Shown here one piece after another: positions 10,959 through 20,143 of a stretch of DNA of 64,000 nucleotides. Where the stretch lies: contig CBDDCX010000005.1 in NCBI GenBank assembly GCA_965226375.1, forward strand, positions 1 to 64,000. The letters run 5' to 3'. Source of the DNA: Longimicrobiales bacterium (GTDB lineage: Bacteria; Gemmatimonadota; Gemmatimonadetes; Longimicrobiales; Gaopeijiaceae). Under the pieces are notes generated by a model. The model saw nothing but the letters and a program-made list of their open reading frames with translations, was not told the origin of the DNA and made no database searches. The translations under genes were made by a program, and so were the position numbers. How positions within the stretch are numbered: position 1 is the first letter of the stretch; the number at the start of each line of letters is the position of its first letter.

Positions 10959-12392
10959 TCAACAGCGTGGGGGCACACCCATCGGAGCTTCACCCATTGG
11001 AGGTTCACCCAGTCGTTGCCGAGCCGTGCCGAGGATCCTCTCCGCCGCCAGGGCCACTCCGAGCAGCATCTCGTCCCGCCCGCCCTGGGCCACGAGCTGA
11101 AGACCGACGGGCATACCGCTCTGGTCCAGCCCCACCGGGATCGTCACCGCGCACAGCCCGAGCATACTGACGGGGCCGGTGGGCTTGAGCGTCGCCGCGT
11201 TCGTCTCGACGTACCGGTCCGGATCGTCGAGATCCGAGACGACCGGGGGCGTAATGATGGCGGTCGGAAGCGCGAGAACGTCCGCTTTCTCGAACAGCGT
11301 GCCTGACCGGCTCGCCATCGCTTTCCGAGCGGCGATGGACTGGGAATACGTCTCGGAGTCCAGGCCGGGCGAGCCCTCTAGTCTTCGACCCACGATCGGA
11401 TCGAGAATCTCCAGCCAGCCGGGAAGATCCCGCCGGAGAAACGCCAGGCACTCGGCTCCCGGGATGCCGCCGGTCATGTATAGATCACCTGATGCGTCGA
11501 GAAGGCTTCCGTCGGTTGTGGTTCTTTCCCAGCCGGACGAGACCAACTCGTCCAGGGCCTGATCGAGGACGGCCGCCAGGTCCACCTGACAGTCCGACCA
11601 GATGGCGCACCGTGGCACTGCCATTCGGATTCGGGCTGTATCTGTCTGTTCCAACTCCCCCAAGAACGCCTGCGGATTTCCCCATGCGGGATCGATGGCG
11701 CCGAAAAAGAATGCGCTGTCTTGGGCGGAGCGGGTGAGCCCTCCGACCGTGTCCAGGGTAGTGCTCAGGGGCACGACGCCCGTCACCGGCCATCGGCCGT
11801 ATGTGATCCTATGACCCACGGTGCCCGTCATCGAGGCCGGGATACGTATCGAGCCGCCGGTGTCGGATCCGAGGGCCAAAAGGGCCGATCCGGCCCACAG
11901 GCTCACGCCGGCGCCACAGGATGATCCGCCCGGGATACGATGAGCTTGGTCGTCCCAAGGATTTCGGGGCGTGTCCCAGTGGGGGTTGATGCCCACCGCG
12001 CCGTAGGCGAGCTCGACGGTATGGGTCTTCCCCATGAAGACGGCACCCTGGTCGCGCAGGCGGCTCACCAACCATGCGTCGGTCTCCCACTCGGGCGGGA
12101 GGCGGCGAGCCGTTCCGGCGAAGATAGGCAGACCCTGGAGCCCGTAGAGATCCTTTACGGAGACGGGAATGCCGCAGAAAGGAGGCGGGTCCGCGCAGCG
12201 GGCGAGCCGTTCGTCCGCTCTTCGAGCCGCCTCCAGGGCGCCGTCGGCGTCGAAGTGTTTGTAGGCGTGATTGCTCGCATCGGTCGCCTCGTGTGCTCTG
12301 ATCGCCTCCTCAGTCAGTTCGCAGGCGGAGAGGGCCTTTTCTCGGAGGGCCGCTGCCTGTCGTAGGAGGGACCCATGCAAAATGTCGGTCAT
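10959..12392 (-). CDS. Amidase signature family protein
   Basis: SVKDL, PGGSSCG, GSDTGGSIRIPAS, GMPVGLQL. Confidence 0.92.
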   Translation of the reverse strand: MTDILHGSLLRQAAALREKALSACELTEEAIRAHEATDASNHAYKHFDADGALEAARRADERLARCADPPPFCGIPVSVKDLYGLQGLPIFAGTARRLPPEWETDAWLVSRLRDQGAVFMGKTHTVELAYGAVGINPHWDTPRNPWDDQAHRIPGGSSCGAGVSLWAGSALLALGSDTGGSIRIPASMTGTVGHRITYGRWPVTGVVPLSTTLDTVGGLTRSAQDSAFFFGAIDPAWGNPQAFLGELEQTDTARIRMAVPRCAIWSDCQVDLAAVLDQALDELVSSGWERTTTDGSLLDASGDLYMTGGIPGAECLAFLRRDLPGWLEILDPIVGRRLEGSPGLDSETYSQSIAARKAMASRSGTLFEKADVLALPTAIITPPVVSDLDDPDRYVETNAATLKPTGPVSMLGLCAVTIPVGLDQSGMPVGLQLVAQGGRDEMLLGVALAAERILGTARQRLGEPPMGEAPMGVPPRC

Positions 12393-12541
12393 GCGATGAC
12401 CATACGGGGACGGGGATCAGAGAGCGAGCCAGTAGGGGGTGTTGTCCCAACGGTTGTCTTGCTTGCCGAGAATGTCGGGCCTACCGTCCTCCTCGTCCGT
12501 TCCCAGCGGCCGAAGCGCCTGCTTCATGACCAAAGGTGTCC

Positions 12542-13225
12542 ATGACCAATCGGTACGACCGTCGTTCGTTTCTTCGTCGTGCAGCGGCTGCAAGTATCGT
12601 GGCGCCGACCCTGCCGATCTTCGGGTGCGTTCCCGAGGAGGCCGGACGATCCGAGGGTGATTCAGCTTCAAGCGGTCGTGCCATCACCCGACCCGTGCTC
12701 CTTCCATGGTCTTCGGACGCGGTGCACATCTTGGCACCGATGCCCGAGTTGCCCATCGCGTACGTTTCACGAGGAGTACAGCGCGTTTTCGTCGATCATG
12801 GGTCCCGCGTGGCGATCAACGTGATGTTGGCGGCCCATATATCCGTGAGCTCCGGACTGTGGCGGATCCCACTCCTGGGGGACGACCTACGGGTCCCGAT
12901 CCCTGCCGACGACGCGGACCGTGAGTTCGAGGAGGTCGACATCGGAGAGTGGAGTCCGGAGTTGGCGCCCGTCGAAGGCGACTTTCGCATCCGGCGAGGC
13001 AGGCGTACCGACGTGACCGTCGACTTCGACTGTGCCCCGATGTCGGGCGGGGGAGGGTGGTACAGTGCCGGGCCGCTGGAGATCGTTCAGTGTCGGGCAC
13101 CTGGCGATGAACCGTGCCTGGAGGCGTTCATGAGCGTTGGCGCTGCTGCTCGTTATTCCCGTAGATACTGCGCCGAGCCGGAGGGAGAGGTGCAGCTCGT
13201 CACCTGGGCCTGCCTGGATCCCTAG
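12542..13225 (+). CDS. Hypothetical Tat-signal lipoprotein, Cys-rich C-terminus
   Basis: DRRSFLRR twin-arginine motif, IFGC lipobox-like, AAAGG RBS. Confidence 0.6.
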   Translation: MTNRYDRRSFLRRAAAASIVAPTLPIFGCVPEEAGRSEGDSASSGRAITRPVLLPWSSDAVHILAPMPELPIAYVSRGVQRVFVDHGSRVAINVMLAAHISVSSGLWRIPLLGDDLRVPIPADDADREFEEVDIGEWSPELAPVEGDFRIRRGRRTDVTVDFDCAPMSGGGGWYSAGPLEIVQCRAPGDEPCLEAFMSVGAAARYSRRYCAEPEGEVQLVTWACLDP

Positions 13226-14526
13226 AGGGTGAGGATGTAGTACCCCAGCCCCAGCCCGGCCGCAGCAGCCAGCGTGGTCAACATCCCCGTCTTATAACGC
13301 AGCATTGCGACTCCGGCGCCGAGGGCGAGGATCACCGCGGCGACATCGACGGTCTGGAGCGTGGGCACGAGAAGCTTCAACGGCCAGTACGCGACGGTCG
13401 AGACCTCCGCGAACAGCGTGTGCAGCGAGAACCACACCGCGAGGTTCAGGATCACGCCTACGATGGCGGCCGTGATGGCCGTGAGGGCGCTCTGTAGGGT
13501 GGGTCGCCCCCGCAGATACTCCGCGAACGGCGCTCCTACGAAGATGAAGAGGAAGCAGGGGGCGAAGGTGACCCATGCGGTTACCACGGAGCCTAGGGCT
13601 CCGGCCGCGAGGGGTGAGAGCGGGCCCGGGTGCCGGTAGGCACCCATGAAGCCCACGAATTGAACGACCTGGATGAGGGGCCCCGGGGTGGTCTCTGCCA
13701 TCCCCAACCCGTCGAGCATCTCACCCGGGGCCAGCCACTGATAGACCTCGACGGCCTGCTGCGCGATGTAGGCCAGCACCGCGTAGGCACCGCCGAAGGT
13801 GACTACGGCCGCCTTGCTGAAGAACACGCCCTCGGCGACGAAGGTGCTACCCGTGCCGAACACCAGGGCGAGCACGACGATCGGAGCGGCCCAGATCGCC
13901 AGCCATAACGCGGCGGTCCGGGCGGTAGCGGTGAGTGACGGCCAGTGCCTTGTCGCGGTCTGTGGGGGTGCGCCGGAGCGTCCGACCAAGAGACCCAACA
14001 GCGTCGCGGCCAGTATGATCAGCGGAAAGGGCACGGCGAAGAAGAAGATCGCGACGAAGGCGGCCGCAGCGATGCCCCAGTGCCCGGGCGTCTTCAGAGC
14101 GCGACTCCCGATGCGAACCAGAGCCGATACCACGACCGCCATTACCGCCGGCTTGAGCCCGTAGAAGAGCCCTGCGACGAGGGGTGCATCCCCCAGCTCG
14201 GCGTAAAGCACGCTCAACACGAAGATCGAGATGAAGCCGGGTAGGATGAACAGCGATCCCGCCACCAACCCCCCGCGCGCACCGTGGAGGAGCCATCCCA
14301 GGTACGTGGCAAGCTGCTGGGCTTCCGGTCCCGGGAGGAGCATGCAGTAGCTCATAGCGTGCAGAAACCGCTCCTCGCCCACCCACCGCCGTTCTTCCAC
14401 CACCAGGCGGTGCATCACGGCGATCTGGCCGGCCGGTCCCCCGAAACTGAGGAGCGCGACACGAATCCAGGTGGGCAGGGCATCGCGTAACGAAACCGCC
14501 TGAACGTCGGTCGCGGGCAGCTCCAT
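13222..14526 (-). CDS. chrA: Chromate efflux transporter
   Basis: SFGGPAGQIA, LPGPEAQQLA, TFGGAYAVL, ETTPGPLI duplicated CHR domains. Confidence 0.95.
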   Translation of the reverse strand: MELPATDVQAVSLRDALPTWIRVALLSFGGPAGQIAVMHRLVVEERRWVGEERFLHAMSYCMLLPGPEAQQLATYLGWLLHGARGGLVAGSLFILPGFISIFVLSVLYAELGDAPLVAGLFYGLKPAVMAVVVSALVRIGSRALKTPGHWGIAAAAFVAIFFFAVPFPLIILAATLLGLLVGRSGAPPQTATRHWPSLTATARTAALWLAIWAAPIVVLALVFGTGSTFVAEGVFFSKAAVVTFGGAYAVLAYIAQQAVEVYQWLAPGEMLDGLGMAETTPGPLIQVVQFVGFMGAYRHPGPLSPLAAGALGSVVTAWVTFAPCFLFIFVGAPFAEYLRGRPTLQSALTAITAAIVGVILNLAVWFSLHTLFAEVSTVAYWPLKLLVPTLQTVDVAAVILALGAGVAMLRYKTGMLTTLAAAAGLGLGYYILTL

Positions 14527-15554
14527 CAGCAGGTCGGTGTCCGAAAGTGTTCGTACAGATCGTCGAGGGTGGCGATCCCCCGCTCCAAGCGGGCTTCGTC
14601 GTCCTCATGCGCTCTGGTGATGCCGTTGATCAGTGAGGCCAGGCCCGGGGCCTCGGGACGCCCGAACTTGTCGTCCTTGCAGTCGATGTCGTGGATGATC
14701 TCCCCCAGAGCCACCAGGGCTGGCTCGTTCAGGTCGAACTCGGCCTGAAGGGTCTCGAACGTGCATGCCTCACCGACGTGGGTGTATTCCCCCTCGAACA
14801 TGTCGAATCGCAGCTCGCCCTCCTCCGCGTCGTAGCCCCTGGCCGTCACGAACTTGAACCGTGCCGCACCATCGATGAACCTCTGGATGAGCCAGGCGCT
14901 GGCGATCCGATCGACCTTGATTCCGCGGCGGGTCACCCACGTTCGGCCGATATGCCGCCCCGACCCCGGGGCAGTCCCTTGTTCCGTGGCGCCCCAGGGC
15001 ACGGATCGCACCGCCTCCTTCAGACACATCACGGCTCTGCGCGCCTCCGACTGGCCCGGTGCGGCGAAGAAGTCGGTGGCGACCAGATCGGCGAGCCGAT
15101 TCTCGATCTTGCCCGTCTTCGCTCGAAGCGAGGCAAGTGACCCATCATCACGTTCGCCGTCGCTCACAGTGTGGAGCAGGCCGACCGCGGACTCGGTAAC
15201 GTCGCGGTAGTCGGCCTCCCGAGCCTCTCGGAACTGCGCCGCAAGGCGTTCGTCCGTCGCACGGTTGAGAAACGTGGCCTCGCAGATCGTCACCTCACCC
15301 CCCTCGCTCTCGATCTCCTGACGCAACCACTGGAAGTCCTCCAGGGCGTCGTCTCCGTTGGGGAGCACGTAGACAGAGGCCTTCAACGGCACGGCCCCGA
15401 TCCGAACGAGTCGCCGCCGCACCTTCACACGGAAGTATGCGGGTGTCGGGGGAATGTGGTGGGTGAGTAGGAGCCACGGGGGATCACTGGGCCGTTCGTC
15501 GGGGATACCGCACTCGATCGCTGCCTTATCTTGTGATACACTTGAATCATCCAT
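14526..15554 (-). CDS. chrB: Chromate resistance regulator ChrB (N+C domains)
   Basis: WLLLTHHIPPTPAYFRVKVRRRL; WVTRRGIKVDRIASAWLIQRFID; FDM..YTH..CTFE; directly upstream of chrA. Confidence 0.9.
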   Translation of the reverse strand: MDDSSVSQDKAAIECGIPDERPSDPPWLLLTHHIPPTPAYFRVKVRRRLVRIGAVPLKASVYVLPNGDDALEDFQWLRQEIESEGGEVTICEATFLNRATDERLAAQFREAREADYRDVTESAVGLLHTVSDGERDDGSLASLRAKTGKIENRLADLVATDFFAAPGQSEARRAVMCLKEAVRSVPWGATEQGTAPGSGRHIGRTWVTRRGIKVDRIASAWLIQRFIDGAARFKFVTARGYDAEEGELRFDMFEGEYTHVGEACTFETLQAEFDLNEPALVALGEIIHDIDCKDDKFGRPEAPGLASLINGITRAHEDDEARLERGIATLDDLYEHFRTPTC

Positions 15555-15569
15555 ATCACAATTGTATCA
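15531..15569. promoter_or_regulatory. Nested inverted repeats over the chrB start, putative ChrB operator
   Basis: TTGTGATA(15531-38)/TATCACAA(15554-61) and TGATACA(15534-40)/TGTATCA(15563-69) in an AT-rich patch. Confidence 0.45.
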
Positions 15570-15674
15570 TTATGGATCGAAGACTTCAAGATGAAGTCGA
15601 GTCCGTATCAGGCGGCGAGATCGTTCGGCGGTGCCGTAAGGGCTCTTGTTTCCGTGAGGGTACGAGGGCATCTG

Positions 15675-16667
15675 GTGGAGCGAGCGACTTTGATTCTGAC
15701 AGAAGGCGATGTCGAGGCACTGCTGAGCCTCGAGGAGTGCATTGCCGCGGTGGAAGGCGCGTTTGGACTCTTGGGGCGGGGAGAGGTGGCACCCCCTGAG
15801 ATTCTGGGAGTCCACGTGGCGGGCGGCGGTTTCCACATCAAGGCCGCTTCCCTCGAGCGAGAGCGGAAATACTTCGCGGCCAAGACCAACGCGAACTTTC
15901 CGCCGAACCCCGAACGCTTCGGCCTGCCGTCCATTCAGGGCGTCATCGCGCTCTTCGACGCCTGTTGCGGCCTGCCGCTCGCGATAATGGACTCGATTCT
16001 CATCACCGAGCTCCGCACGGCGGCGGCTTCGGCGGTGGCGGTAGCCCACCTGTCGCGGCCCGAGAGCAGCGTCCTCACCATCGTGGGGTGTGGGGTCCAG
16101 GGCATGAGCCACCTCCGAGCATTGTCACTTGTGCGGGACCTGAAGCGCGTCCAAGTCGTGGACTTGGATCCCGCGAGGGCACGCCTCTTCGCCACCGATA
16201 TGGGGGCCGAGCTCGGACTTAAGGTAGACGTCGCTACCGACCTGAGAGCGGCTACGTTGGAGAGCGACATCGTGGTCACCTGCACCCCGTCACTCCGACC
16301 GATCATCGGCCTCGACGACATCGGGCCGGGCACGACCATAGCGGCCGTGGGAGCGGACAATCCGGAGAAGCACGAGATCTTTCCCGACCTCCTCGCGGCC
16401 TCGAAGGTGGTCGTGGATTCCCTCGACCAGTGCGTCGAGATAGGTGACCTACACCATGCGATGGCTGCGAGCCTGATGGACCGTGGGGATGTGCACGCGG
16501 AGCTTGGCGAGGTCGTGGCGGGACTCAGTGCGGGTCGCGAGTCGCCTGACGAGATCATCGTGTTCGACAGCACCGGGACGGCGTTGCAGGACGTGGCGTC
16601 TTCCGCCCTGGTCTACGAAAGGGCGCTGGAGTCGAACAGGGGACTCTCCCTCCAGCTGTCGGAGTGA
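15675..16667 (+). CDS. Ornithine cyclodeaminase/mu-crystallin family protein
   Basis: ITELRTAAAS, GCGVQG, VTCTPS, AVGAD, FDSTGTALQD. GTG 15675 with GAGG RBS preferred over 15591. Confidence 0.9.
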   Translation: MERATLILTEGDVEALLSLEECIAAVEGAFGLLGRGEVAPPEILGVHVAGGGFHIKAASLERERKYFAAKTNANFPPNPERFGLPSIQGVIALFDACCGLPLAIMDSILITELRTAAASAVAVAHLSRPESSVLTIVGCGVQGMSHLRALSLVRDLKRVQVVDLDPARARLFATDMGAELGLKVDVATDLRAATLESDIVVTCTPSLRPIIGLDDIGPGTTIAAVGADNPEKHEIFPDLLAASKVVVDSLDQCVEIGDLHHAMAASLMDRGDVHAELGEVVAGLSAGRESPDEIIVFDSTGTALQDVASSALVYERALESNRGLSLQLSE

Positions 16668-16841
16668 GTGCCTGGCGGGCGGCCGGGACCGGTACCGGGA
16701 CCAGGCCGGCCAGGAGCCCGGCCGGAGTGCTAGTACACGGGCGCACGAGTTGCATGGCGGCCGGTTTCGCCGTAGGACGTTGGGCACGGGGTCGGGAGAG
16801 CATCCCATCCCGGCCTGACGAATCGAGACTGGGGGTGCCCC

Positions 16842-17228
16842 GTGGCGGACTTCAGCAGAGGGCTTCGCTGGCGCGCAGCGTGGATGGTCGTCGGGCTCGC
16901 TCTGCTCATCATGTGGTACGTGGCCATCAGCGGCCGTGGCTACGTGGTGCGGATCGACTTCACGTTCGCGATGGCCGATGCGATTGGAGCCGAGGTCGTG
17001 ATCGACGGCGAGGTCGTGGATACGCTGCACATGCTACGGCGTCAGCCCATCAACGGACTGCGCGTGGAAAAGGGTGAGCACGTCGTTGAGCTTCGATCTG
17101 AGAACTGCGAGGGCCGCCCCTTAGACGTGGTCCCGGGTGAGCACGAGAGGTCCGTGTCGCTCTTCGTGCACCTCATCGAGCAGACGGTGGACAACCGGTT
17201 TGTGTGTACGCTGGCGCTGAGGCGCTAG
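16842..17228 (+). CDS. Small membrane-anchored protein with PEGA-like beta domain
   Basis: One TM helix, then GAEVVIDGE..LRVEKGEHVVELR. Confidence 0.55.
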   Translation: MADFSRGLRWRAAWMVVGLALLIMWYVAISGRGYVVRIDFTFAMADAIGAEVVIDGEVVDTLHMLRRQPINGLRVEKGEHVVELRSENCEGRPLDVVPGEHERSVSLFVHLIEQTVDNRFVCTLALRR

Positions 17229-17277
17229 GTCGTCTGTGGTGGAGGGAGGTGCTTCGGGTCAGGTCCCTGATGTCAGA

Positions 17278-17484
17278 TCAGGCTTCCGCTTCGTTGTGCG
17301 ACCGGTAGTAGCGCCTGGCAAAGTAGATCGCGACGCCGACAGCGGCCAAACCCAGGGAGATCTTGAGACCGAGGGCGAGTATCCCCAGGAGCCATGCTGC
17401 CACGGGCTCCATGATGATCTTGAGAATCTCCAGCAAGATCAGACCCGCGAGTCCCGTAAGCGCGACCGGCGCTAGAGCTCTCAT
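17278..17484 (-). CDS. Small hypothetical membrane protein (68 aa)
   Basis: GGAGG RBS, two hydrophobic helices. Confidence 0.6.
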   Translation of the reverse strand: MRALAPVALTGLAGLILLEILKIIMEPVAAWLLGILALGLKISLGLAAVGVAIYFARRYYRSHNEAEA

Positions 17485-17642
17485 CCGTTCGTCCTCCAGT
17501 AATACTCTTCAAGCCCAGCCCGCGACGAGAGTCGTCCGGACGTGTCGTGCCCTACGGACAACACCGAGCATCGGTTTCATATACGGTATAGTGCCGCAAC
17601 TTCCGACCAGGCACGGTTCAGGGCCATCGACTAGGGTTCTAC

Positions 17643-19970
17643 CTAGAACCGATACGTATAGTTCGCCTTGACGCTCGCGCCGCGTGAGAGGGTCATGAAC
17701 TCGCCGTCCTCGTCGAAGAGCCCGTTCCCAAGGTTCTGCCAGTTCTGGGTAAAGACCAGGAAGACCTCGTTTCCCGGAGTAATGATCCACCGGGTCCGCA
17801 TGAAGAGCCCTATCACCTCAGAGACGTCATCGTACTGGATATTGCCCGTGATGTTCGCCAGAGGAGTGATGTTCCACTCGCCTTCGATCCGGAATAGGTT
17901 TGCGTCGAAGGATCCCTGAGGCAGGGTGACGTTGTTGGTTTCCACGTCGGCCGCGAGGAGGACTCCCGGCGACGGCCGCAGCTCCAGGCCGACCTCGAAT
18001 TGCGTTCGGTCGCCACTCCAGAATCCGCCTCGGCGGACCTCGATATTGGCCGATACGACGCGGCGATTCGCCGTTCGAGCCATGACGGACAATTCCCAAT
18101 TGGTGTATTCGCCCTCCTCGATGAAAATGCCATCACCGATTTCGAATTCTTCATCGAGGTACTCGAACTGGCGCTCGAGGTTGAGGTCGAAGTTGTCCTG
18201 ACTCTCCAGGTCGATTCCGAGGATCTTGAATTGCCACTGCTGCTCTTCGTCGATGCCGGTGTCGATGCCTTCGAGGTGCCGGAATTGCACCGAGAAATCG
18301 AATCGGCGAATCCAGTCGATGTCGGGCCGGGGCCGCCAGCCGATCCGGGGTTCGACCCGGCGGAAGCCGTTACGGGTGACGAAGCCCACTGCGGGGTCGT
18401 AGTCGTCTCCGAACTCACGGTACGATACGTGTCCCGACCAGACGTCGTTCGGATAGTTGACCCGAATTCCACGCGCGGACAGATCCGAGGTCGAACGCTC
18501 GACGTCCGGGTCCGGGTTGGAGTTCCAGGCGGCAAAGGCCTGGAAGGTGAAATTCTTGTCGCCGAAGAGTCGAGCCGTGGTGTAGTAGAGGTCGGCCCCT
18601 ACGGTGTGACGGTCTTCGGGGGCCAGCGTGGTCGGATTCTCGGGGTCGGCACCCGTAGATCGACGAGTGTAGATGGCGCCGATGGTCGACTGCTCGAAGA
18701 TGCCCCGCTTGACGCGGGCCACGGTGAAGTTCTCTCCGGCGAACGTTCCGCCATCCACATCGGCGGACTCGAGTTCGCCGGTGTTGACCTGGAAAAACCC
18801 CAGCTCGTATCGACCGACCTGGCCTCCGAGCCGGGCGGCATAGTTGATAGGGATCTGTTCCCCCTCGAGGAGCCCGATGCGCCGGCTGAAGTAGGGCTCG
18901 GCACCGTTGCTGGGTGCAAAGTTGTAGACCCCTGACCCCTCGAGAAAAAAGTCGCGCTGCTCCGGAAAGCGAAGAGGAAAACGCGTCAGGTTGAGGCGTC
19001 GCTGATCCACCTCGGCCTCGGCGAAGTCGGTATTCACGCTCACTCCGGCTCGAAGGCTCGGAGTGACGTTGTAATTGACGTCGAGACCGATGTCGCTCGG
19101 ATACGTGGTCGGATCGGCTTCACTGGGCACGTTCTTCCAGTTCGTCACCGCGTACGGTACCGCCTCGATTCCTATGCCTTGGGATATCCCCACGAGACCG
19201 GTCAACCTGCCGGCATGTACGGGTTGACGGAGGCTTTGGTTGCGCCGGTACCCCCGCCAGAGAATCTCCTCGTTCTTCCGCCGGATGGTGCGCTGGAAGT
19301 TGATCCCCCAGGTGTCGGAGGTCTCGTCGAAGTTGAGGGTGCGAAAGGGAATCTGGATCTCGATCGACCAGCCGTCGGCCAGGATCGACGTTTGCACTCG
19401 CCAGATACCGTCCCACGCCCTACCACTTTGGCCGCCGCCACCACCGCCGCCACCACCACGACCCCCGCCGCCGCCCGAGATCAGGGCGTCGCTCATCACT
19501 CCGGTGGCTGTGGTCTCGAAGAAGTAGCCGGTACGACCGTCCTGAAACGTGTCGATAATCCACATGAAGCGGTCGTCTGCACTCAGGAATCCGTCACGCC
19601 GCTTCTGGAACGCCAGAATCCCATTCGGATCGTCATAGAGCATGGCTCCGATGTAGATCGCGTCGTCATCGTAGACGACGCGGATTTCGGTGCGTTCCGA
19701 CGGCGTTCCTCCTTCGATGGGCTCTTGCGTCGTGAAGTCCGTGATGGGGATGGCTCGCTGCCACGCGTCGTCGTCGAGACGTCCGTCCAGGTCGATGTCT
19801 TCGTCGTTTCCGAGCCGCAGTGCGATGAGGTCGACGGCCTGGCCGTCGCTGCTTCCACCGACGGGTGTCTGGGCACCGACCGTTTGGGCTACGAGGGGGT
19901 GGCCGAGGACGAGAATTGCCGCGACGAGGGTTGTCTCTCGTATCAGGGATCGGACAAGGCTCGGTGCCAT
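17643..19970 (-). CDS. DUF5916 / CBM9-like domain outer-membrane protein
   Basis: LDGRLDD.W, WSIEIQIPFRTL, WGINFQR, NTDFAEAEVD, FPEQRDFFLEG, C-terminal YTYRF. Confidence 0.85.
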   Translation of the reverse strand: MAPSLVRSLIRETTLVAAILVLGHPLVAQTVGAQTPVGGSSDGQAVDLIALRLGNDEDIDLDGRLDDDAWQRAIPITDFTTQEPIEGGTPSERTEIRVVYDDDAIYIGAMLYDDPNGILAFQKRRDGFLSADDRFMWIIDTFQDGRTGYFFETTATGVMSDALISGGGGGRGGGGGGGGGQSGRAWDGIWRVQTSILADGWSIEIQIPFRTLNFDETSDTWGINFQRTIRRKNEEILWRGYRRNQSLRQPVHAGRLTGLVGISQGIGIEAVPYAVTNWKNVPSEADPTTYPSDIGLDVNYNVTPSLRAGVSVNTDFAEAEVDQRRLNLTRFPLRFPEQRDFFLEGSGVYNFAPSNGAEPYFSRRIGLLEGEQIPINYAARLGGQVGRYELGFFQVNTGELESADVDGGTFAGENFTVARVKRGIFEQSTIGAIYTRRSTGADPENPTTLAPEDRHTVGADLYYTTARLFGDKNFTFQAFAAWNSNPDPDVERSTSDLSARGIRVNYPNDVWSGHVSYREFGDDYDPAVGFVTRNGFRRVEPRIGWRPRPDIDWIRRFDFSVQFRHLEGIDTGIDEEQQWQFKILGIDLESQDNFDLNLERQFEYLDEEFEIGDGIFIEEGEYTNWELSVMARTANRRVVSANIEVRRGGFWSGDRTQFEVGLELRPSPGVLLAADVETNNVTLPQGSFDANLFRIEGEWNITPLANITGNIQYDDVSEVIGLFMRTRWIITPGNEVFLVFTQNWQNLGNGLFDEDGEFMTLSRGASVKANYTYRF

Positions 19971-20143
19971 GTATCGGCTCTCGAATCTGAAAGGGGGCTC
20001 ACAAACTGGACAAACGGAAGGGTACGTACCACCCACGATAGACACGTGTGGTCGGCCAGGTGTTGGAGTCTGGCCGACCACGCGTCCGAGAGAGGAGCCG
20101 GAATGAGGTCTAACGCTGCCCGCAGTACTTCTTCAGCAGCGCT

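Noticed and set aside
19432..19476. CCG/CCA trinucleotide run as a repeat element
   Set aside because: It encodes a poly-Gly loop inside the DUF5916 CDS.
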